Shown: positions 54,330-64,000 of the stretch, in pieces
Layout: each line of letters opens with the position of its first letter
Position numbering within the stretch: position 1 is the stretch's first letter
From: Octopus vulgaris
Taxonomy: Eukaryota
DNA length: 64,000 bases
Assembly (NCBI GenBank): GCA_951406725.2
Contig: OX597819.1
Span: forward strand, 1,984,001 to 2,048,000
Direction: 5' to 3'
Notes under the pieces: model-generated
What the model saw: the letters and a program-made list of their open reading frames with translations, nothing else
Told to the model about the DNA's origin: nothing
The model's database searches: none
Made by a program: the position numbers and the translations under genes

Positions 54330-54860
54330 ATTAATCTTTAAATCCACATCTGACTTTTTCATCAACTTTGTATCATCATCTTTGTATCTTTGATGTTTCC
54401 CTAGTAAGCAAAATAATGTCATCAGTATAATCCAAATCCGTCACATACTTTCTGTAAACCTATTCAATTCCTTTAGTTTCATCTCCGAAAGTTTCTTTCG
54501 TGTCATCGTTTATTGAAGAAGAGGGGCGGCATAAGACCTTCTTACAACACTCCGCTCCTAACAAATTTGAGATTTGACCGTGTATGCTTACTTGGTAGGT
54601 ATTTCTTCGCTGTCTTGCACCTATTTAACATTTTTCTCAAGCAAACAACAGAAACGTATTACTTTTAGTGCTACCTCATAATATTATCAAAATCTTTTAC
54701 ATAATCTGCACAAGTTAACTCAAAGGCTGTTTGAATTTCAGTGTTGTATAATATATTAGAATAAAAATATTCAGTAACTTCAGCCTTGCGCAAGATTTTA
54801 CCCCTCCAAATACTACATTTTGTGAGGACATCCCTTTTTTGTATCCTAACTACTGACTCA
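54330..54860 (-). mobile_element. Ancient RTE-like RT remnant
   Basis: YVTDLDYTDDIILL (~54405-54448) and SGVL*EGLMPPLFF (decayed SGVRQG..SPLLF). Confidence 0.6.
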
Positions 54861-55110
54861 AGTATTCATCTTAGGTTTGGCACGTATTCTGTCGGGTTCT
54901 TTTTGCCGAATAGCTAGCTTACGGAGGTGTAAGCAAATCAACACTTGTTGTTCAATGCCACCAACCCCCAGACACACACATATGACAGTATTTGACAATA
55001 TTTCCGACTAGCAAATTCACTCATAAGTGAAGTGTAGTTAAAGACACTTTCCCAAAGTGCCAGGCAGTGACATTCAACTCGTGAACTTCTAAACCTCACA
55101 GAATGACCTG
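54860..55110 (-). mobile_element. Degenerate SINE family B copy
   Basis: tctttttgccgaatagctag...aagacactttcccaaagtgccaggcagtg. Confidence 0.6.
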
Positions 55111-55203
55111 TGCAAGTTGCATGTGGGGGTGTGTGTGTGTCTGTGTCTGTGTGCGTGTACATCTTTCTGTTTCTCCAATGTCAATCCAAATGTATGGGTG
55201 GAC

Positions 55204-55254
<51 letters not shown>

Positions 55255-55457
55255 CATACATACATACATACACATATAGATATGCGTTTGTGCGTGCGTG
55301 TATGTGTGTGTCTGTGTGAGAGAGTGAGTGTGTGTGTATACACAGATAAATAGATAGATATGTATTATATACTCATATGTATATATATTTTAATATATAT
55401 ATATATATATCTACTTTGATAATACGTACATATATATATATATATATATATATTCCT

Positions 55458-55491
<34 letters not shown>

Positions 55492-55574
55492 GGGTATTAC
55501 TAATACATAAATGCCTCACGCTAGGAGGGGCTCTTAACTACTTGATCAATTCTTATAAAGATTTTATCCTATTT

Positions 55575-55614
<40 letters not shown>

Positions 55615-56599
55615 GTGTGTATGTATGTATGTCTGTGTGTGTATATATACACATATATATGTATATGTATGTATGTATATGAGAAGACATCACATATATA
55701 CTATATATCTGCATATGTGATTATTGTAATGTTTATTGGGTAGTTCTGAAAGAATAATATTCTTCTTCCCTTTTTAAACGTTTTTATAGGCATTACTTCT
55801 TTCTTTAATACATTTTCCTTTGAATATCTTTCGTCTTTTTATTTCCTACGCCATTCTAATACTCTTCTCATATTTGTCCAAAATCAGACATTGAAAGAAA
55901 GACATTAAAGGCGTTTTTACCGATCGACAAGCTCTTCATTCTATTTCGTTACTTTTAACTGTCTATTTTAACTGCACCTGATTATATACAAAACAGGAAC
56001 GTATTACGCTAATAAATTATTTATAATCTCTCTATCTCCTACTGCTTTTTTCCCCTTTTCTTTTTCGCTCTTTCTCTTTCTCTTTCTATCTACATTTCTG
56101 AATATATATTGATTAAGTTTTTACGCAAACCCAACAGCTGCTTATTTTTATCTAAATGCTTTGTGATATCACTACTTCTCAGTAGATTCCAAATTTATCA
56201 ATTCACAACAGTTCTATTAGTTTCCTATTCCTACTAGCGTGAACTTCTATTGAAATTTCTTAATTGAAAATCGTTTAAGTCGATTCCACTAACATAGATT
56301 ACTTCATAAAATAGAAAATGAGTTCTTCCGCCAATGCAGCAGTAGTAGTTTGAATAAGACCAAACAGACACAACTAAGGAGATACAATATCCTTACATGG
56401 AGGTGGTACTTAAGCTGAATTAATATTTATTTCAGGAAATGTAGCCATTCAGAGAATTTGTTACATAATGTATGCATATTTCAGTTAGAAGAAATAGGAT
56501 GTCTATAAATATTATTGCGTTGTTTTGGTTGATCACTATTGATTTCTTGATTTACTCTCTCTTCAAAAAGTACTCTAGCATTCAGAAGAGCGGAGCAGT

Positions 56600-56701
56600 C
56601 ATGTGTGTGTGGGGGGGTGTGGGGGTGTTTATGCATGTATTTTACATTGTAGTATATATGTGTATGCATATATATATGAGGGTACATTGATATATATATA
56701 T

Positions 56702-56757
<56 letters not shown>

Positions 56758-57223
56758 GTATGTATTGCTATGTACATACATATTAAAGTGTACATAAATA
56801 TGTATGTATGTGTGTGTTTGTGCGTATTATAAACATACATATACATTTATGCATCTATTGATACATACATGCATTTATACGTATTTACGGATGTATGTAT
56901 ATATATATATTTATGTATATATATATATGTGTGTGTGTGTGCATATATATGTACGTGTACATATGTTGTATATATATATATATACTTGTATATGTTTGTG
57001 TGTGTGTGCCTGTCTGTGACTCTGTGTTTGTGCTTGTGTCTGGGTGCGCGTGTGTGTGGAAAACATTTTATATGGTCAGGGTCGAATCAGCTGCAAAGAA
57101 AATACAGAGAAGCATCATATCCAAATTCTATCATTTGTTCCACCGCTACAATCATGTGTATTCTTACATGCGTACACATACTCATACACACACATATATA
57201 TGTATATTTATGCATACATACTA

Positions 57224-57284
<61 letters not shown>

Positions 57285-57378
57285 TATATAAATATATATA
57301 TATATATACATGTATATATATGTATATATATGTGTATATATATATATGAATATATACACATATATAAATACACACACA

Positions 57379-57439
<61 letters not shown>

Positions 57440-57501
57440 ATGCATCTATATCTGTATCTGTGCCTCTGTGTGTGTGAATGCTGCATGGTTGACGGAGATA
57501 G

Positions 57502-57556
<55 letters not shown>

Positions 57557-57788
57557 GCAGCCTAAAAGGCAACGCACTGTAGATTAGTTCTTGGGACTTG
57601 AGTCGAAGTACCGCAATTATTAAATCAAGCTACGTGCGATAAAGAACTCGACTGGGGTGAATTGAAACAGAACCTATCTCCTGCAGGTTTCTAGTTTCGT
57701 GGAGATAATATACATATATATGTGTGTGTGTGTGTGTGAGTACATATATATGTACATATGTATGTGTATGTATATATATATATATGTG

Positions 57789-57819
<31 letters not shown>

Positions 57820-58052
57820 GTACATATATATATATATGTGTTGTGTGTGTATATGTATATGTATATGTATATGCATATATATATATATATATATATATAC
57901 AAATATATACATAAATATACATATACATATATATACTCATATATATATATAAATATACATATATATATATGCATATACATATATATATATATATATACAT
58001 ATGTATATACATATATATACATATATATAAAAAAATACATATATATATATGC

Positions 58053-58090
<38 letters not shown>
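56600..58090. repeat. Extended (TA)/(TG)/(TATG) low-complexity region
   Basis: Directly visible; a similar tract lies at 55200-55680. Confidence 0.95.
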
Positions 58091-58999
58091 GTTATTTCAA
58101 CAGCGCTTACATTAATGACAACCTGGGGAGTAAAGTGTAGCAAATTTATGTTTTTCGTGTCAGCTAGAAAACTTTTCTTTATATTATCCGAATTGATTCC
58201 TGCCACAAGAGAATACCAATTGTCTTTCTCAATTATAAAGATTTTCGCTGTTTATATATTTCTTTGTGCTTCGGATATATGATATATTTTGTATGCAGTT
58301 AGTTGATCTATTTCACAATGTTTCGACCAGTATAATAGCCAACTCTGGTACTGTTGGAAATTGCAGCTAAGGGCCCCTAAATCACAACCTACCATCGTAC
58401 AGTAAGAAGGTCAGATTAATCAGTAGAGTCCTCGGTTTTATTGAATAACACGCATATATTTATATAAAGACATACACATTCATGTATGTATATGTTTATA
58501 TATATATATATATACATATATGGCTCGTACAGGTTCAGATTACCGCTTCTGTAATCTGAGACTGAACGAACCAGTTTTCTATTCGAAGCGTTCTAAACCT
58601 TAAGTCGTTTGGTACCGATTCAAAGATATTTTAAATATTAATATATGTAAATCTTACTAAATCTGTTGAGTGCCTTTTTCTTTTGTGTCAAGATATTTAT
58701 GAAGAAAGAGCAAAAGAGAGCCAGACAAACGGAAGACCTACTCCTGGAGGTTGAAAGTTGGCAAACACATTCCTTCATGCATAAGGATCGTAAAGGTGTT
58801 TATTTAAAAGCAGTTGTACTTATATACATACATAATTACTTTAAAATGCACATTAAGTACAGGACATCACCAGCGAGCGAAAAAAACGTAAACACGCGAG
58901 AGATAAGTACAGGACAAATACAAAAATATATACAGTAAGTACAGGATATCATCAACGAGTGAAAAATACGTAAACACACATGCATGAAATATTCTTTTC

Positions 59000-59592
59000 T
59001 ACTCTATACAAAAGGCCCGAAATTTGATGTGAGAGGGCCAGTCGATAAGATCGACATCAGTACGCAAATGGTACTTAATTTATCGACCACCAAAAGGATG
59101 TAAGGTAAAGTCGATCTCGGAGGCATTTGAGCTCGGAACTTGAAGACAGACGAAATACCAGTAAACATTTTGCCCGGCGTGCCAACGTTTCTTATTTCTT
59201 TACTGCCCACACAGAGGGAACAAACAAGGACGGACAAACGGATTAAGACGATTATGTCGACCCCAGGCGTAACTGGTACTTATTTAATCTACCCCGAAAG
59301 GATGAAAGGCAAAGTTGACCTCGGCGGAATTTGAACTCAGAACGTAGCGGCAGACGAAATACCTATTTCTTTACTACCCACAATAGCTAAACACAGTGGG
59401 GAAGAACAAGGACAGACACACGGATTAAGTCGATTATATCGACCCCAGTGCATAACCGGTACTTAAATTATCGACCCCGAAAGGACAAAAGGCAAAGTCA
59501 ACCTCGGTGGAATTAGAACTCAGAACGTAGCGGCAGACGAAATATGGCCACGCATTTCGCCCGGCGTGCTAACGCTTCTGCCAGCTCGCCGT
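59000..59592 (-). mobile_element. SINE family A trimer, with one unit partly deleted
   Basis: Head at 59560-59592 (ccggcgtgctaacgcttctgccagctcgccg); three reverse-complement Meta cores near 59070-59130, 59275-59340 and 59455-59525. Confidence 0.85.
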
Positions 59593-60339
59593 CTTCACCT
59601 GGACGAAATATTATAAACATCTGTCGTCTGATAGTGTTAATTCATACTACCCGAATATTTATTAAATGTGAACAAATTTCAATGTTCTATACTCTAAGCT
59701 GGTTAAAATCACATAATGACAATTTGATAATATACTCTTTAAGTAAGGAACTTTTGTTTGGCGTTGCGCTATATTCTGTTTTGCAGTCGTCTGAGTTAGA
59801 TGAGTGAGGGAGTGTTTATGTGTGCTTGTGTTTGTTTGTGTGCGGGAGGTGGTGCCTGTGAGTGTTGGTGGGTATCTGTGTGTGTGGGGTGCCTCTGTGT
59901 GTGTATGTGTGTGTGTTTGTGCTTGTGTCTGTCTGTGTGTGCATGAGAGAGAGAGGGGGGGAAGAGGGAACAAAGAGGTGAGAGGGAAGAAAGAGGAGAG
60001 AGGGAAGAGAACCATGTGACAGGAAAAGAAGGTAACTGCTAAAAAATTACAGAAATTAAAAAGAATCTGAAGGATAAATACAGTTGAACAATATATATCA
60101 GAATATCTGGATGTCTCATCAACACTTTTAGTTAACTACCACTCCAACACAATTATCAGTATTTTATCATCTCTGTTTTAGAATCCTCCATATTTTACCC
60201 GATATACAGTCTGGAATGGTTTCTGCATTCTGCTTTTTTTCTGTTTCTGATTATTGATTTGTTTTCAAATTTAAGAAAAGATTCCATGAGTAATAATGAC
60301 AGTATTTCCAGGTAAACATCAACTCAACACTAACGAGTA

Positions 60340-60505
60340 CATCCATCCATCCATCCATCCATCCATCCATCCATCCATACATACATACATACATCCATAC
60401 ATCCATCCATCCATCCATCCATCCATCCATCCATACATACATACATACATACATACATACATACATACATACATACATACATACATACATACATACATAC
60501 ATACG
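60340..60505. repeat. (CATC)n/(CATA)n compound microsatellite
   Basis: Directly visible. Confidence 0.95.
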
Positions 60506-60762
60506 TATGTGTGTGTGCGCGCAAGCGTGTGTATGAAACCGATTAATACACAATAAAGGAATTACGTAGTAAAATTTGTGCATTAGTGTATCTTTGTAAA
60601 TTCTTATTGTTACCAGAGAATAGAAAACTAATAAAGAAATTTACGATCACAAGAAACTACGAACGCATTAAGCTCTTGCAATTATATTTGGTATTCTTTA
60701 ATTTATGTACTTTTTTGTTATTTAATCGTTTGCCATTATGAACACTCCACGTATATTATATA

Positions 60763-61127
60763 CTAGCACTATGACCGGGCAACGCTCTGTCATAGTGCTA
60801 GTGCATGCTTATACAGCTGCGTACGTGCGCACATGCACGCGAGTAATGTCCAAATCTCCGACCAAACACATACAGCTAGCTGGCATTCAATTGGCGTATC
60901 AAGTTTCAGGCATTTTGATTGGGTTTTGGATAAAAAATTCACAAAAAAGTCACTTCTGTTGATTTTTTTAATGGCTTTGAGGGATGACTGGGGAAATGTA
61001 AAGATGTGCACGACCACCCTTGGACAGTTTTGAATGACCATAGAAAGTGCGAGCCCTCTAACTGAAAAATTGTGGATTTGTATAAAGGACACACGCACAG
61101 ACATTTTGCCGTTTATATATATAGAGA
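60763..61127 (-). mobile_element. Non-autonomous Helitron, family H2
   Basis: Minus strand runs A|TCTCTATATATATAAACGGC...gttgcccggtcatagtgCTAG|T. Confidence 0.8.
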
Positions 61128-61680
61128 TGGTAATAATGTATACGTATATAGGTTGCATGTGCAAATAGGTGTATAAGCGAAAAAAAATTGCTCAATACAT
61201 TGATACTTAAAAGTAATACAAAAAAATTACATATCGAAGTACAGTACGATCTTTCTGGACGCTAATAGTCAGGAATCACATATAAACGCGCTATTTTACG
61301 AGCAGGTACAAAAAGATTCGTGGGACTGCCAGACTACTCTTCTTTCTTGCACAAACTATTACCTTGCTTAGTACAGTATTAATAAATGTGTATCGTTTAT
61401 ACTAAAATACAAGTACCTGTCTTTCATTTAATTAATTATGCAAATTTAATATTTATTACTTTCAAGCATGCTAATTGGGGTGGCCATCCGTGGTTCGGAA
61501 AAAAATCAACAATTTGGACAGGCTTTGCAGCCAACCGGAAGATCAATGTTGCACCTCCGTGTTTGTTTATATATATATATATATATATAAACAAACACAT
61601 ACACATATATAGAAAGATAGATATACATAATACACACACACATGCACACACACACACACATACGCATATATATATGTATA

Positions 61681-61914
61681 TACTCTTACTCTTTTACTCT
61701 TTTACTTGTTTCAGTCATTTGACTGCGGACATGCTGGAGCACCGCCTTTAGTCGAGCAAATCGACCCCGGGACTTATTCTTTGTAAGCCCAGTAGTTATT
61801 CTATCGGTCTCTTTTGCCGAACCGCTAAGTTACGAGGACGTAAACGCACCAGCATCGGTTGTCAAGCAATGCTAGGGGGACAAACACAGACACACAAACA
61901 CACACACACATACA

Positions 61915-61960
<46 letters not shown>

Positions 61961-62104
61961 TACGACAGGCTTCTTTCAGTTTCTGTCTACCAAATCCACT
62001 CACAAAGCATTGGTCGGCCCGGGGCTATAGCAGAAGACACTTGCCCAAGATGTCACGCAGTGGGACTGAACCCGAAACCGTGTGGCTGGTTAGCAAGCTA
62101 CTTT
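61681..62104 (-). mobile_element. tRNA-head SINE family B, well preserved but lacking the first part of its head
   Basis: Minus strand agtagcttgctaaccagccacacggtttcgggttcagtccc (B-box-like), then cttgggcaagtgtcttc, an internal (TA)/(TG) tract and an (AGAGTAA)-like tail. Confidence 0.85.
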
Positions 62105-64000
62105 TATTCATTAAATTTGCCATGAAGGCAGTACATAGATGTAGCTTTGCGGGCTGGACGTAGACATTGATGGTATGAATGATAGTGATGGAACGAAGAT
62201 GGTGATGGGAGAAGACGAAAGCGCCCGCCGACTTACGCTTCTCTAAGACAATGTTCTTTTTTGCAAAAAATCAAAAAGTCACAAAATTTCACAAAAGTCA
62301 CAATGAGGCAATGAACCTCTTTCTCAATATGATACAATTTTTCTTTTTTAAAAACATTCAAAAAGTTCAAGTCACCCGGCCGACCAGCGCTTTTGCTTTA
62401 ATGAGGCAATTATTCTTTGTCGGGCCGTGCCATTCAGATATAAATTGAAAGGAGTCCTCCGGGAAGAAATTCACGATCCTGCACAGATCGCTATCCCATA
62501 GGACCTCCACAGCCACCTGCGAAGGCCACTCAGGGTCCTCCGTGCAGGACCGATGTCCCTCCCATTGGCCTTTCTCTTTCATTTTACCTATCTCGTTTTC
62601 AAACGTTCCTCCTTTGTGGAAGAGGACCACATATTGATCCTCCGGCAGCACACCCGCCTGAAGAGGCTTGGGAGACGCCGTCTGCGTGTTACAATCCGCC
62701 GGCGGCGTCCCGTTTCTCTTTCTTCTTTTTTTTCCTTTTTTTCCCTGGGCCGCGGGAGGGTGAGGTTCCTGTGTTGCACACAACGGGTCCTCTTTTTCTC
62801 CCGCAGCTCCCGGGTCTTTCGGTGGGTCACCATTGTTGCCCATCTTTCTTTTTTTTTGATGATGTAGTAATTTCCTCGTTCTGTTTCTCTCCCTCCATTG
62901 GGGGAGCAGGGAGAGATTCCAACATTATCTGCTCCAGGATCCTACTTTGGTCCCTGGGGCAGTTCTTCTTAATGTGGCCGGTCCCCCGGCACAGGTGACA
63001 CTTGGGGGGGGGGGCGTCCCTCAAGCATCACCGGATACCTGGACCCGGCCATCCTCAAGAAATCTGGAAAAACCAGACTTTCGGCTGATTGGGTCCATAG
63101 GGTCAAAACAGCTTTCGACCCTTCCCAATCAGCCGCAGGCAACATTTTTACATTTAGCAGCTTGGCACTGCTACCACCCAGACCCCGGCGGATAGAGTCC
63201 TCTATCCACTCGGGCTCAACTCCGGGTAGTAGGCCGCAGATCCAAGCCCTTAATAGTTTTTCTCCCATATAGTTTGGGAGAAACAATATTTCTTTGCCCT
63301 CAAGGGGTTGGCTTGCAAAGTCGCAAGATTCTTTTGGGGAGTCAAATAGCAACCAGACCGTTGCTTATTTCACTCCCCGTGAGATAAATTCAACGGCTGG
63401 CATGTAGTCCGCCAGCTCGTTTAAAATTGTGGCCTTCGGGAAGACAGCTATGATGTCGAGCGACTTCGAATAAGTCCTCAACACCGCGGTCTTCCTTTCC
63501 AGCTCTTTTAAATATTTTTTGGGAGGTGTTAGGTCCCACATAATAAATTCCTTTGCCATTTCGAAACGGAATCCAATTAAAGTTCAAAAGTGTAAGAAAA
63601 TAAATAAGATACAAAGAGCGAGAAGGGAAAACACAACAGAAGAGAAGAATTACAATAAAAATAACAGTTCAAAAGAGTTCTTTTTAAAATAAACGATAGC
63701 TGGCAGAAGAGAGTTCAAATTCAGCAAAGGAATTAATTTTTTTTTGCCGAAAAGGTACTCCTGGCCAAACGTCCAAAACAGTCCTTGGTTATCCTTGGTA
63801 CTTCTTGGTAAATCCAACACAAAGGCAATTAATTTTCGAGGAGGAGCTACGCCTCCTCAAAAACACAATTCTCACTGCAAAGTGAGTCTTTACGCTCGAC
63901 CACAGGCAGGAACATGTCTGGAGCAAAGTGGAGTCTATTACTCTCCAAAAAATATTAAATGCAAAGCAATAAACTTCACTAAGCCCCTAAAAAAATTCAA
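62102..64000 (-). mobile_element. ORF1-only (HAL1-like) non-autonomous Tx1-related retroelement; the 5' end may lie beyond the window
   Basis: Gag-like ORF1 followed by ~260 bp of 3' sequence ending in AATAAAA. No ORF2. Confidence 0.65.
62367..63559 (-). pseudogene. Tx1-type ORF1 protein with CCHC zinc knuckle, broken by a stop and homopolymer frameshifts
   Basis: MAKEFIMW...VEFISRGVK*; FLPNYMG; LEGRPP + KCHLCRGTGHIKKNCP. Parallels ORF1 of the 11.5-17.2-kb element (IEHIARG, IYPSHIG, EGKRPHC). Confidence 0.8.

Noticed and set aside
56472-58282. Many YIYI/CVCV/THTH ORFs (also at 25, 31, 37, 55 and 60 kb)
   Set aside because: They are translations of dinucleotide and tetranucleotide microsatellites.
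62050-62104. tRNA gene (B-box-like ggttcagtccc); also the family A heads
   Set aside because: No complete cloverleaf, and the sequence continues into SINE bodies.

Overview
AT-rich eukaryotic intergenic or intronic DNA, most likely from an octopus (coleoid cephalopod). That assignment is an inference from the two tRNA-head SINE families and the very dense microsatellites. I find no intact host gene; the only host-like signal is one weak candidate exon at 49829-49884. The window is a nested collection of decayed mobile elements: HERO-, R4/Dong-, Tx1- and RTE-clade non-LTR retrotransposons, Penelope-like elements, a Tc1 transposon, a Tigger-like MITE, three non-autonomous Helitrons and more than 10 MetaSINE-like copies. 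Nearly all ORF-track entries are TE fragments, antisense shadows or microsatellite translations. Main leads: (1) an ORF1-only, HAL1-like Tx1 derivative that appears inserted in a SINE head; (2) SINE multimers with a ~185-bp head-to-tail unit at three separate loci; (3) several unrelated retroelements all abutting (TAA)n-type tracts; (4) a minimal hammerhead-like fold in a Penelope 3' region. Clade names come from recalled protein and RNA motifs, not database searches, and most boundaries are approximate.
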